Part shown: positions 29,725 through 39,570 of the stretch, in pieces
How the letters are laid out: every line of letters begins with the position of its first letter
How positions within the stretch are numbered: the stretch's first letter is position 1
Source of the DNA: a virus
Lineage: Duplodnaviria; Caudoviricetes
Length of the DNA: 64,000 nt
Direction: 5' to 3' (one strand)
IMG/VR virus record: IMGVR_UViG_2974666281_000001
Span: 107,176 to 171,175 of that record
Translations under genes and position numbers: made by a program
Notes under the pieces: model-generated
Told to the model about the DNA's origin: nothing
The model's database searches: none
What the model saw: the letters and a program-made list of their open reading frames with translations, nothing else

Positions 29725-30203
29725 ACACCAAGTTCCTCGTACAAAGCACGACGTGCTTCCTTTAGAATTTTACCAGTTTCGTAAGCAGAATTTTCAGAAA
29801 CATCGCCTAATACAGCCGCTTGTTGCATTTGCCCGTGACGTTTTGCTGATTCTTCAAAGTGTTTAACAATATCACGAATTCGTTTCCTTTCAGTTACTTC
29901 TTCAATAAAGAAAGGATAATCATTAACCGAAGACATGATACGGTACCAATCAGACAAAGGAATATAAGTCTGTTCATTTAGATTGAATACTTTATCTGGG
30001 ATATTACTATTAGGAGAATAAAATGTTACCTGTGTGACCATGTCGCCTTTATCAGTTCGAGTCCAGGTATAGTTGAATGTAGCTTTCTTTTCTAGAGGTG
30101 TATCAAGGCACGCGCCTAACATCATCAACTTACGAAGTTGAGTGCACTTGATTTTAGAGAGATATTCAGGAGAAGAAACAAAACTATTTGTTTGTAAAGC
30201 CAT
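29721..30203 (-). CDS. hypothetical protein
   Basis: 160 aa, GAGGA RBS. Confidence 0.72.
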   Translation of the reverse strand: MALQTNSFVSSPEYLSKIKCTQLRKLMMLGACLDTPLEKKATFNYTWTRTDKGDMVTQVTFYSPNSNIPDKVFNLNEQTYIPLSDWYRIMSSVNDYPFFIEEVTERKRIRDIVKHFEESAKRHGQMQQAAVLGDVSENSAYETGKILKEARRALYEELGV

Positions 30204-30251
30204 GATATTTTCCTCAAATTTAATTATCCGTTAGAGCCCGAAGGCTCTAAT

Positions 30252-30353
30252 TTACACCACTATCACAAAAGCAAATACAGTTACTATTGCCAGTAGAGCT
30301 AACGCAAGACCAGCACAAAACAGAGTAGCACCAAGAGTTAGATTACTTTTCAC
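30252..30353 (-). CDS. 33-aa hydrophobic peptide (not in ORF track)
   Basis: GTG start, AAGGA RBS: MKSNLTLGATLFCAGLALALLAIVTVFAFVIVV. Confidence 0.5.
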   Translation of the reverse strand: MKSNLTLGATLFCAGLALALLAIVTVFAFVIVV

Positions 30354-30642
30354 AACGAGGTTCCTTCAAAGGAGCACGATAATAACAAATGACACCGTTT
30401 GCATCTTTGATGTAACGATTAACGTCATTCAGCCAAACACGAAAGTCTTGTGATTCATTATATGGCATTCCTACAAAAGCAATACCATCAATCATTTTAA
30501 CTTGCCATTTGCCTTGCCAAGTCTTAATCGGGTCCGGCCAACTTGGGTCAACACGAACTATCTCATGAGGAGTCACAGGAACACTTTGAGAACACCCTAC
30601 CATAAAGATAGATAAACATATAGCGAGAGCTTTTAAATTCAC
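30343..30642 (-). CDS. pseT.2: o-spanin (Rz1-like lipoprotein)
   Basis: Lipobox FMVGC; Pro-rich PSWPDPI; C-terminal CYYR...EPRC. Confidence 0.9.
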   Translation of the reverse strand: MNLKALAICLSIFMVGCSQSVPVTPHEIVRVDPSWPDPIKTWQGKWQVKMIDGIAFVGMPYNESQDFRVWLNDVNRYIKDANGVICYYRAPLKEPRCEK

Positions 30643-30995
30643 CTGGTCGCCTCCTGCATATCCTGTGTCAGCTTATCAAAGCTCATGTTAATCTGTTTTT
30701 CGACCAGTTTAGGTTTAGCAACGACTAGATCGCTTCGTTTAGCGTCTTTAGCCATTTTTTGGTCTGATTTGTCTCGTTGACCACGATTTGCTGAACGAGA
30801 CTCATCAATTTTTTTCAAACTATCAAAGCTTTTGACAAGGCCATCAAGCTGGTCGCTTTGGTCTTTAGCCACTTTCTGGATAATTTTTAAATCAGAATTA
30901 AGAGTGTCAATTCTAGATTCTTGATACTTAATAAACCCTAATCCACTAAAGAATACTGCAGCGATTAGGACATGGGTTAATGTTACTTTGAACAT
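30639..30995 (-). CDS. pseT.3: i-spanin (Rz-like)
   Basis: N-terminal TM helix, coiled coil, AKPKLVEKQIN. Confidence 0.9.
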   Translation of the reverse strand: MFKVTLTHVLIAAVFFSGLGFIKYQESRIDTLNSDLKIIQKVAKDQSDQLDGLVKSFDSLKKIDESRSANRGQRDKSDQKMAKDAKRSDLVVAKPKLVEKQINMSFDKLTQDMQEATR

Positions 30996-31483
30996 AGCTT
31001 TTTAATAACCTCGACAATATCGTCTCTGGATAAGCCATTAACTAAAACGTGTCGCGCACTTTCAGATTGGACTTTATGAGAATTGTCAATCATCATGGCT
31101 ACTTCATCAGAAGTTAATTCGCCATGCAGGATACCGAGACGGTTATATTTGTCAGTTAATGGGTCACAAATAATATAAAACTTGTGACCGCCAATACGAA
31201 CGTTTGGCTGAGTAATGTTAATGAACACTTCAGCATTAGGCAGGTTGTTAGTAAGGAATTCAACCATATTATCAACCGCCTGAGGCATTGCTTCACGACG
31301 TTCTTCTGTTTGCTTAGAAGAATATGCTTTAGCTTTAACTTTTGCAGCTGATTTACGACCCAGTGTTAAACGTAAGTCAGAAAGGAATCCGATACGCTTC
31401 TGTCCTTTGTAGACACTGATACCATCATGACGGTCACCATATTCAGCCACAATCATGTCGTTAGAGATAAGTTGCAAGTTCAT
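30983..31483 (-). CDS. alc: Alc, terminator of transcription on dC-DNA
   Basis: MNLQLISNDMIVAEYGDRHDGISV. Confidence 0.93.
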   Translation of the reverse strand: MNLQLISNDMIVAEYGDRHDGISVYKGQKRIGFLSDLRLTLGRKSAAKVKAKAYSSKQTEERREAMPQAVDNMVEFLTNNLPNAEVFINITQPNVRIGGHKFYIICDPLTDKYNRLGILHGELTSDEVAMMIDNSHKVQSESARHVLVNGLSRDDIVEVIKKLCSK

Positions 31484-31490
31484 AATGAAT

Positions 31491-31545
31491 TCCTCATTTC
31501 GTTAGTGTGTAATCATCTTACCACAACGAAATGAGGATGTAAACT
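31491..31545 (-). promoter_or_regulatory. alc early promoter inside a 13-bp inverted repeat that includes the RBS
   Basis: GTTTAC -35, GTGGTAAGAT -10; TCCTCATTTCGTT/AACGAAATGAGGA. Confidence 0.8.
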
Positions 31546-32716
31546 ACTCTTCTTCAATCACAACTTCTTTCTTATACTCATCTGGAACGTAGAACTTGAA
31601 ATTTTTCATGAAGACAGCATTCAACTGGTCTATAATAGTATCTGAGTTAATACCTTTTTCGTATGCTTTCATTAAGATTCCGAAGAAGTAAGGTTGGTCA
31701 CAACCTTTAAGAATCGTTTGAGCTTTGATCGCAAAGTTCTTACGTTCTGTACCACGAAGTTCTTCATAGATGCCTTCAATAAGACCAATACCGTTGCTCA
31801 AGTAGTCAAGATGGATTTTTTCGAAAGCATCAATCTTATTAATAGCCCAATCATCACCAGCGAACATACCACGAAGGTCGTCAGAAGCACCATTCACTAC
31901 GGCATTAAACAGAGCTTCGTTCTTTGTAATTGAGTCTTTAGTACGATGCAATGCAACATACCATTCTGTTTTGATTTTAAACTGAAGACCACTTTCGAGT
32001 TGCATCACAAAACCTTCGATGCCTTCCATCGCTCTAATTTCATCAATATACGTTTCAGTATTAGGCAAATCATATGCTTCTACTAAAAATGGACGCAGAG
32101 CAGGGTCTTTGAATAATTCTTTGTATGGAACATATTCACCAGTAATGTTATTACGAATATTTAGCAGAATAAGAGCTTTTTTCTCGTAAGGAAGAACAAT
32201 ACGATTGTTAGGAGCTACATATTCCATGTTACAAGTATAACCATCTTTAGTGATTTCAGTAACTCTAAGTCTGAATTTTTCGTAAGCTGGAGTATTGATA
32301 ACTTGTAATGCAGAGTTAGCTTGTTCAGAAGAAATAGAAGCTTTAGACTTCATGAACAGAAGATTATTATCAATAAAGGTAGAAATCAAAGAGCCATCAG
32401 CCTTAGCCATAACAACAGAGATTTTATTAAGGTCTAAGTTCATGGTAAATGGAGTTTCGTTCAGATTAAAGAACTTTTCCATAGGACGAGCGGCAATTCG
32501 TGTTGGTTTACCATCTACCATTTCGAACATAATACCACGGCATTCTAAAGCATCAGGTAAACACCAATCTGTGTAAGATGCGTAGTTATAACTAAAAATA
32601 CGATACATACCACCAAAAGCGGTCTGGAAGTCTCTGAAGAAGAATTTAGACTGGTCCTTAGGGTCAGTCAGTTTCATCAAATTTTTGTACAAATTATGTT
32701 CTTTTTTAGAAATCAT
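31544..32716 (-). CDS. rnlA: RNA ligase 1 / tail fibre attachment gp63
   Basis: ALECRGIMFE, MEKFFNLNE, KADGSLIS, EGFV. Confidence 0.97.
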   Translation of the reverse strand: MISKKEHNLYKNLMKLTDPKDQSKFFFRDFQTAFGGMYRIFSYNYASYTDWCLPDALECRGIMFEMVDGKPTRIAARPMEKFFNLNETPFTMNLDLNKISVVMAKADGSLISTFIDNNLLFMKSKASISSEQANSALQVINTPAYEKFRLRVTEITKDGYTCNMEYVAPNNRIVLPYEKKALILLNIRNNITGEYVPYKELFKDPALRPFLVEAYDLPNTETYIDEIRAMEGIEGFVMQLESGLQFKIKTEWYVALHRTKDSITKNEALFNAVVNGASDDLRGMFAGDDWAINKIDAFEKIHLDYLSNGIGLIEGIYEELRGTERKNFAIKAQTILKGCDQPYFFGILMKAYEKGINSDTIIDQLNAVFMKNFKFYVPDEYKKEVVIEEE

Positions 32717-33126
32717 TTCTTTACCTTATGCTGGACATTCCAGGGTGGATTGAATAGTTTAATGAACATCGGCTCTTCGAGGTCCATTGTAGCAACAGAC
32801 ATTGTGCCTAATTCGTTAGTCATGCTTAAATTAAAACATTGACGAGCATAGAATTCGACCTTCTTATCGTCCATCAAAGCTTCATGGATTAAAACTGATT
32901 TGGTAGAATCACTAGTATAACTCGAACGATTTATAGCAGTTCTATAGTAGTTGATGCGTTTACGTAAGTTTTTAGTCTTACCAATATACATCAATTCATC
33001 GTCTACAGCAATTGCATAGATTACGTTTGATTTATTTGGGACTGAAATTAAATCAATCTCTCCGTCTTTGTTCATTTTGAGTTGAGCATATTTTATAAAA
33101 GAATATTCGTCAGCAAATAGTTTCAT
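32713..33126 (-). CDS. denA: endonuclease II (GIY-YIG)
   Basis: VIYAIAVDDELMYIGKTKNLRKRINYYRTAIN. Confidence 0.95.
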   Translation of the reverse strand: MKLFADEYSFIKYAQLKMNKDGEIDLISVPNKSNVIYAIAVDDELMYIGKTKNLRKRINYYRTAINRSSYTSDSTKSVLIHEALMDDKKVEFYARQCFNLSMTNELGTMSVATMDLEEPMFIKLFNPPWNVQHKVKK

Positions 33127-33158
33127 TGCAATAAAGGGAGACCGAAGTCTCCCATCCT

Positions 33159-34337
33159 TTAGAGATATTTACGGAAGCTAGTCAGAACATTTTCGTCAAC
33201 GTCATTATCAATCTGGGCTACAAGATAAGAAGATAAATCAACTTCTTGTGGAGCAGATTGGACTGCATCACTATTTAAGTATTCACGAATCCACGGTAAT
33301 GGATGGCGCTGAGGAGCGTCAGTAATCGGACAAGGCAACCCACAACTACGCATGCGTGATACTGTAAGGTAATCAATAAAGTTGCTCAGGATTTTAATGT
33401 TTAACCCAGGCATACCACCGTTACGGAACAAGTGGACAGCCCACTCTTTTTCCTGGCGATTAACTTCCATGAAAATATCTACTGCTTCCTGTTCGCACTC
33501 TTTAGCAATTTCTACCCATTCATCGCCGTCAGTACCCATCTGCCATTGACGAATAATGAATTGAGTACCTTTAAGATGAAGCTGTTCATCACGAGCGATG
33601 AACTTCATAATCTTACTGTTGCCTTCCATGATTTCCATGTTCTTATGGAAGTTGAAAGTACAAGCGAAAGATACATAGAAACGAATTGCTTCAAGGGCGT
33701 TGATAACGTGCATACACAGATAAAGTGCTTTCATCAATGAACGTTTAGCATCATCTCGAGCCATTACGGCTTCACAATACATGTCGTAATCACGACCTTC
33801 ACGTGAATGAAATTCTACTTCTGCTTTAGCGTTTTCCCAAAGACGAGTCTTAGTCAGAACATCATCATAATAAACACCAATAGATTCGGCACGGGCCATG
33901 ATTGCATCGTCTAATACGATTTCATCAAAAATCTTAGTTGGGTCATTAAACAGGTTACGCATGATATGAGTGTAAGAGCGTGAGTGAATTGTTTCACTGA
34001 ACGTCCAAGTCTGGTTCCAAGTATCAAGGCTTGGGTCAGAAATCAGAGCGGATAATACTGCTGCAGGTGCACGACCTTGAATAGTATCAAGCAAACTCTG
34101 GTATTTCAGGTTGTTAACAAAGATTTCTTGCTGATGAACTGGCAACTTTTCATATTGCGCTCGGTCCATCATCAAATTAACTTCTTCAGGGCGCCAGAAG
34201 AAACTTAATTGCTTTTCAATTAGGTCTTCAAACGTTTTGTGACGTTGAATATCATAACGTGCAATACTTAATCCTGAACCGAAAAACATTGGCTCGTTCA
34301 AGACGTCTACTTGTTCTTTATTAAAAACTGTGCTCAT
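33159..34337 (-). CDS. nrdB: aerobic ribonucleotide reductase beta subunit (no intron)
   Basis: FFWRPEEV, ETIHSRSY, IARDEQLH; continuous ORF. Confidence 0.98.
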   Translation of the reverse strand: MSTVFNKEQVDVLNEPMFFGSGLSIARYDIQRHKTFEDLIEKQLSFFWRPEEVNLMMDRAQYEKLPVHQQEIFVNNLKYQSLLDTIQGRAPAAVLSALISDPSLDTWNQTWTFSETIHSRSYTHIMRNLFNDPTKIFDEIVLDDAIMARAESIGVYYDDVLTKTRLWENAKAEVEFHSREGRDYDMYCEAVMARDDAKRSLMKALYLCMHVINALEAIRFYVSFACTFNFHKNMEIMEGNSKIMKFIARDEQLHLKGTQFIIRQWQMGTDGDEWVEIAKECEQEAVDIFMEVNRQEKEWAVHLFRNGGMPGLNIKILSNFIDYLTVSRMRSCGLPCPITDAPQRHPLPWIREYLNSDAVQSAPQEVDLSSYLVAQIDNDVDENVLTSFRKYL

Positions 34338-34531
34338 TTAACTTCCTCGTATCTGAATTCGACACTGACATATTCTTTAGGTGCAAAAGCTGTGCCAATC
34401 TTGATACCTTCCAGCATATTGTATAATGCAGAATGTTCATTACGTTTGATTGGTACAGATTTCAATTTAGCTATTGTAAGTAGGCGTTCGTTTTTGCCTG
34501 AAAATTTGATATAAATTTTGTATTCTCTCAT
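34334..34531 (-). CDS. hypothetical protein between nrdA and nrdB
   Basis: 65 aa; stop overlaps the nrdB ATG. Confidence 0.65.
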   Translation of the reverse strand: MREYKIYIKFSGKNERLLTIAKLKSVPIKRNEHSALYNMLEGIKIGTAFAPKEYVSVEFRYEEVK

Positions 34532-34569
34532 TTTATTTTTCTCAAAAGGACATCCGTGTCCTCATTATA

Positions 34570-36825
34570 TCAAAGTTTACAAGAAGAGCAATCTTCTTCT
34601 TTTGGAACTTCAATTTCGTAATCATCAGTACCAGAACCATCACGAGTATTGTGGTAATAAGCGGTCTTTCCGCCATAGTACCATAGATGAAGCATATCAT
34701 CTATCATGACTGACATTGGAACCTTACCTTTAGGATAGTTCTGTGGGTCGTAGTATGTGTTAGCTGAAATAGACTGACATACGAACTTCTGCATAATTGC
34801 TACTTGATTCAGGTAACCTTTATTACCAGATTTCGCTAGCTTCCAAGCATAATCGTAAAGGTCAACGTTCGTTTCAACATTAGGTACTACTTGATTAAAT
34901 GCACCTTCTTTAGATTCTTTAATACTTACAGGACCACGTGGCGGCTCGATACCATTGGTACTATTTGATACTTGGCTCGAAGATTCGCAAGGCATAAGGG
35001 CCGAGAGCGTGGAATTACGAATACCGTAACTTCTGAGGTCTTCCCGCAACTGTTCCCAGTCACATACATATTTCGGAGCGGCGAGTTGGTCAATCTTTTT
35101 ATTGTACCAGTCGATAGGTAATTCGCCTCTAGACCAACGAGTGTCTGAATAATATTCGCAAGCGCCTTTTTCTTTTGCGAGAAGAACTGAAGCCCGGATA
35201 AGTGCATATTGTAGTCTTTCCATCATTTCATGAGTTAAATCGTTAGCATCATTGTATGAAGCAAAGTTATCAGTTAACCAAGCTGCATAGTTCGTGATAC
35301 CAACACCAAGTGCACGACGTTTTTTAGCTTTCAGTGCTTCTGCTACTGGATAGCCTTGATAATCTAACAAATTATCTAAAGCACGAACTTGTACTTCAGC
35401 TAATTCATTGATTTCATCTTGGTTCTGCCAATCGAAGTTACCGAGTACATAAGCAGACAAAGTGCAAAGTGCGATTTCTGGGTCTTCACCACCAACGTCT
35501 TTAGTAGGTAGCGCGATTTCACAGCACAAGTTTGATTGCTTAACCGTAGCCACATCACGAATAAAAGGACCATACTCACCGACGTTATCTACAAAGTAAG
35601 GATAAATTCGAGCTGTACCAGAACGTTCAGTAAAGAACAATTCGAAGAGCTCACGAGCTTTAATTCGTTTCTTACGAACCGTAGGGTCTTTTTCTAAAGC
35701 TTCGTAGAAATTACGGAACTTCAGAGGATCAGCAAAATATGCTTCATAGAGTTCGCCTTTCATGATGTCAGGACTGAACAACGTGATGTAATCATTTTTA
35801 ATCAAGCGTTCAAACATCAAGTCATTAATCTGAACACCATAGTCCAGATGACGAATACGGTTTTCATCTACGCCTTTGTTGTTCTTCAGAACTAACAGGT
35901 TTTCTACTTCAAGGTGCCACATAGGATAATACAGAGTGGCTGCTCCACCACGTACACCACCTTGTGAACAACTTTTCACTGCAGTCTGGAAATGTTTCCA
36001 GAATGGAATAACACCTGTGTGTTTGACTTCACCGTGACCAATCTTAGAACCTTCAGCACGAATCATGCCACCATTAATACCAATACCTGCTCGCTTACTG
36101 ATATAACGAATAATAGCTTCAGCACCCTTATTAATCGAAGTCAGTGAATCGCCACCTTCAATAACAACACAACTTGAAAATTGACGAGTTGGAGTACGCA
36201 CACCTGCCATAATAGGGGTAGGCAAAGAAATCTTACGAGTCGATACAGCATTATAAAAACGAATCACGTTCTTAATGCGATGTTCGCCATCATCTTGGTG
36301 CAGACACATACCAATAAGCATAAATGCAAACTGGGGTGTTTCGTAGATTTTACCTGTGCTACGATCTTTTACCAGATATTTTTCAATAAGCTGCATAGTG
36401 CCAGCATAAGTGAATTCGAAATCACGAGAATGTTTGATTTGAGATTCAAACAACTCAATTTCTTCAGCAGACCATTTACTCAGAATCTCAGGGTCATATT
36501 TGTTTTCATTAACACAACGAGAGATATGGTCAATAAAACGAGGCGGTTCGAACTGATTGTAAACATCTTTACGAAGACCAAACATAGCCAGGTTACTTGC
36601 TACATATTGATAATCAGGTTCGTCTATAGTGATACGGTTGGCTGCGACTTTAATAACGGCTTTATGGATTTCTTTAGTAGTCATTCCATCACGCAGATGG
36701 CTCTTTACTTCTTCGTACAAGTCATAAGGGTCAATTGATGTATTTTCACATGACCATTCAAGGACTTGGGTGATTTTACTAGGTGTAAAATCTTGGCTTA
36801 CGCCTGAACTCTTTATTACTTGCAT
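34570..36825 (-). CDS. nrdA: aerobic ribonucleotide reductase alpha subunit
   Basis: ATP cone, QFSSCV, SNLCCEI, C-terminal CSSCKL. Confidence 0.99.
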   Translation of the reverse strand: MQVIKSSGVSQDFTPSKITQVLEWSCENTSIDPYDLYEEVKSHLRDGMTTKEIHKAVIKVAANRITIDEPDYQYVASNLAMFGLRKDVYNQFEPPRFIDHISRCVNENKYDPEILSKWSAEEIELFESQIKHSRDFEFTYAGTMQLIEKYLVKDRSTGKIYETPQFAFMLIGMCLHQDDGEHRIKNVIRFYNAVSTRKISLPTPIMAGVRTPTRQFSSCVVIEGGDSLTSINKGAEAIIRYISKRAGIGINGGMIRAEGSKIGHGEVKHTGVIPFWKHFQTAVKSCSQGGVRGGAATLYYPMWHLEVENLLVLKNNKGVDENRIRHLDYGVQINDLMFERLIKNDYITLFSPDIMKGELYEAYFADPLKFRNFYEALEKDPTVRKKRIKARELFELFFTERSGTARIYPYFVDNVGEYGPFIRDVATVKQSNLCCEIALPTKDVGGEDPEIALCTLSAYVLGNFDWQNQDEINELAEVQVRALDNLLDYQGYPVAEALKAKKRRALGVGITNYAAWLTDNFASYNDANDLTHEMMERLQYALIRASVLLAKEKGACEYYSDTRWSRGELPIDWYNKKIDQLAAPKYVCDWEQLREDLRSYGIRNSTLSALMPCESSSQVSNSTNGIEPPRGPVSIKESKEGAFNQVVPNVETNVDLYDYAWKLAKSGNKGYLNQVAIMQKFVCQSISANTYYDPQNYPKGKVPMSVMIDDMLHLWYYGGKTAYYHNTRDGSGTDDYEIEVPKEEDCSSCKL

Positions 36826-37121
36826 AGGTCCTCTATCTCGAAGGTGTCTTTAAACAATTTATTAACGATATGAGCTATTATATCACCATGACAACGTTTT
36901 AGGTGACATGTGCAGCCCAGGCGCATACCTCTTAATGTTTCGAGATGCGATTTTGTTATTGCTCCGGTTCTTATTTTCTCGACAAATTCAGACTGAAAAG
37001 CCGAGATAGCTTCATCTCGGCTGTCACAATCCTTGCCGATGTAGTTTCCCCACATCGTTCCTCGCTGAATATTAACGTCGAAGTCGGAGTGGTATTTATT
37101 AACTACTCGGCATATCTTCAT
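36816..37121 (-). CDS. nrdA.1 / DUF4326-like protein
   Basis: IQRGTMWGN...LGCTC...CHGDII. Confidence 0.85.
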   Translation of the reverse strand: MKICRVVNKYHSDFDVNIQRGTMWGNYIGKDCDSRDEAISAFQSEFVEKIRTGAITKSHLETLRGMRLGCTCHLKRCHGDIIAHIVNKLFKDTFEIEDLCK

Positions 37122-37978
37122 ACTGCCATTTTACCTTTAATAGAAGGATGGCTTTCATAGTCCTTCAGAACAAAATCTTCGTGCATCATAGCTTCAGTCA
37201 CTTGTTGCAATTGACCTTCTGTTGAAGCAGAATCAAAGTTTTCAGCCCAATCAATTTCTAACTGGCACAACTCTTTTGGTTCGCGGCGCAAGATTTCTTT
37301 ACACTGTTCTACATGATTCAAATAGATGTGTGTATTGCCGCCTGTGAACACGAGTTCGCCAGGTTTAAGATTACACATCTTCGCTACAATATGCACTAGA
37401 GCGGCGTAAGAAGCAATATTAAACGGCAATCCTAAGAACACATCAACTGAGCGTTGATACCATTGCAGGTCAAGGAAACCATTACGGACGTTGAACTGGT
37501 AGAACATATGACAAGGAGGCAGAGCCATCTTATCAATTTCAGCAGGGTTCCATGCTGTAACAATCTGACGTCGATCATTAGGCATTTCTTTAATACGATT
37601 CACAATCTTGACCACTTGGTCAACACCGCCGAAGTCACGCCATTGTTTGCCGTACACAGGACCTAGCTCACCATCATGATAGCCAAGGTCTTTCGCTTGG
37701 TTTTCATAGTTCTCGTCCCAAATAGTTTTACCATCAAGATAAGAACCATGAGTACGGAAACGCAGGTCATTGACATTAGTAGAACCTGACAGGAACCACA
37801 AGAGCTCAGCGATACATGCTTTCCAGGCTAATTTCTTAGTTGTTACTGCTGGGAAGCCTTTTTGGAGATCAAAACGAAGTTGTGTACCGAAAACAGCAAT
37901 AGTGCCTGTTCCGGTACGATCGTCGATTTCGTAACCTTCGTCAAAAATATGCTGAATGAGTTCTTGATATTGTTTCAT
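37118..37978 (-). CDS. td: thymidylate synthase (no intron)
   Basis: DRTGTGT, MALPPCH, YQRSVDVFLGLPFN continuous. Confidence 0.99.
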   Translation of the reverse strand: MKQYQELIQHIFDEGYEIDDRTGTGTIAVFGTQLRFDLQKGFPAVTTKKLAWKACIAELLWFLSGSTNVNDLRFRTHGSYLDGKTIWDENYENQAKDLGYHDGELGPVYGKQWRDFGGVDQVVKIVNRIKEMPNDRRQIVTAWNPAEIDKMALPPCHMFYQFNVRNGFLDLQWYQRSVDVFLGLPFNIASYAALVHIVAKMCNLKPGELVFTGGNTHIYLNHVEQCKEILRREPKELCQLEIDWAENFDSASTEGQLQQVTEAMMHEDFVLKDYESHPSIKGKMAV

Positions 37979-38349
37979 CGGTATTCTTCTTGTAGAGGAT
38001 AAAAGAGGATTTCGCGGCCTTGTTTTTCGAACCGTCCAATCATGATAATAGAATCATTAGTATAATTTATATTACCTAAAGCAGATGCACGAACAATTTG
38101 ACCATAATGTGGGCAAACTTTAATTCGTCCTTGGTTATAAACACCTGGTCCGCCAGAGTAACACCAGAAATAATCAGAGCCACCACGAATAGCTTCTAAG
38201 GCTACTTCAATTTCGTAGATACCATGCTCATATAAATCAGGAGCATATTTCTGTGGGTCCTTTTTATATTCAGCAATAGTAGGAGCTGAAATCAATGGAC
38301 ATAAAGGCCAGTTCTTTTGTTCTTCTAACTCAAGCAATGTTATGTTCAT
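37975..38349 (-). CDS. hypothetical protein, paralogue of next ORF (start moved to ATG 38349)
   Basis: MNITLLELEEQK...IGRFEKQG. Confidence 0.7.
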   Translation of the reverse strand: MNITLLELEEQKNWPLCPLISAPTIAEYKKDPQKYAPDLYEHGIYEIEVALEAIRGGSDYFWCYSGGPGVYNQGRIKVCPHYGQIVRASALGNINYTNDSIIMIGRFEKQGREILFYPLQEEYR

Positions 38350-38671
38350 ATGGATAATCCAATGGGTTGATATAAACTTCTGAACCAGTCTTAGAAAAAC
38401 GGCCAATGATAATCATGACAGGTCCATTCTCAGAATCATAATACTTCACATTGCCTGCAGCATGACCTAAGAACCAAGTTTTAGTCGAATTACCAATATA
38501 AACTGGTTCGTTGCCTTTATGATTATACATACAACAATCTTTAGACCACTGGTATAATTCATTGACTGGAATTTCTACACTATAGATGCCATGTTTATGG
38601 CGCCAGTTTTTCCAGACTTTTTGTTTTTTGTCTTCTTCAAGAAGAAGTAATTTATAGCCGAGTTTTGACAT
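38330..38671 (-). CDS. hypothetical protein, paralogue of previous ORF
   Basis: HGIYSVEI...IGRFSKTG. Confidence 0.72.
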   Translation of the reverse strand: MSKLGYKLLLLEEDKKQKVWKNWRHKHGIYSVEIPVNELYQWSKDCCMYNHKGNEPVYIGNSTKTWFLGHAAGNVKYYDSENGPVMIIIGRFSKTGSEVYINPLDYPYEHNIA

Positions 38672-39254
38672 AAACAGTCTCGCTAATAGAAGTAACTTCG
38701 TCGATTTTATAGAAATGGGTTTCTTTCATTTCGAACCCAGAGTTTTCCCAGGAAGGAGCAATAATAAAAGACATCGGTAGTTGTACGTCAGAATTAACTC
38801 TGTGACGTTTAGTGATTGAGGTCTGTATTACCTTGTCCGCAAAAGGATAAGCTTCCTGGAGTAATCCTGCACCACCTATCACTGAGTATACATTACTTGA
38901 CGACATATAAATCAAGTCACCATTAATATTCTGACAACTTTGTTGCTTAGTACCAAGCCATTCAGAAAAACCTAAAGGACTCATGTAGAGGTCAGCGAAT
39001 AATCCATCTTGAGCTTGAGCGAAATCACGTTTCATATCTTGAACAACGACATGTTTGCGGCCCTTGAGAGGAGAAGGTAAAGACATAAAGGTCTTTGCAC
39101 CCATAATCAAAATAGTGCCTTCAGTACGAGCCTTAAAGTTCTTTAGGTCTTGACTGATATGACCCCATGGAAGACCGCCATTTAGGCCAAAGGCGTATTC
39201 ATTTTTACCTTCGACCGTTTTAGTACCTGCGTATGCATAAATTAATTGAATCAT
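38652..39254 (-). CDS. frd: dihydrofolate reductase
   Basis: GLPWGHISQDLKNFKART, IMGAKTF, VIGGAG. Confidence 0.96.
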   Translation of the reverse strand: MIQLIYAYAGTKTVEGKNEYAFGLNGGLPWGHISQDLKNFKARTEGTILIMGAKTFMSLPSPLKGRKHVVVQDMKRDFAQAQDGLFADLYMSPLGFSEWLGTKQQSCQNINGDLIYMSSSNVYSVIGGAGLLQEAYPFADKVIQTSITKRHRVNSDVQLPMSFIIAPSWENSGFEMKETHFYKIDEVTSISETVYVKTRL

Positions 39255-39475
39255 GATTTTTTCGCCACTATGATGCTGAGGTCAAGGGAATGAATAAGAC
39301 GACGAACAATTTCGATATTCGCTTCTCGTCCCAGACGTGAAAAGAAACCAGAAGTCATTTCGTTATATGATTCTTGGAAGCCGTCTCGCAACTTTTCTAG
39401 AGTCATTATAACACCTTCCTTTTTAGCTTTTTCCATAGCTTCTTGGTACTGTTCAAGTGTCATTTCTAATTTCAT
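39251..39475 (-). CDS. hypothetical protein (start moved to ATG 39475)
   Basis: MKLEMTLEQY; overlaps the upstream TAA. Confidence 0.68.
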   Translation of the reverse strand: MKLEMTLEQYQEAMEKAKKEGVIMTLEKLRDGFQESYNEMTSGFFSRLGREANIEIVRRLIHSLDLSIIVAKKS

Positions 39476-39570
39476 TAACCCTGCCTCATTTTGCAATTAG
39501 GACAAATTCCACCGGCGAACAGAAGTCCACCTCCGCAGTACTTACATTCCCAGTCGGTTAAGATTTTCAT
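39475..39570 (-). CDS. 31-aa zinc-ribbon peptide (not in ORF track)
   Basis: MKILTDWECKYCGGGLLFAGGICPNCKMRQG; two CxxC motifs; coupled at both ends. Confidence 0.75.
   Translation of the reverse strand: MKILTDWECKYCGGGLLFAGGICPNCKMRQG

Noticed and set aside
33159-37978. Group I introns in nrdB and td
   Set aside because: Both genes are continuous ORFs of full length.
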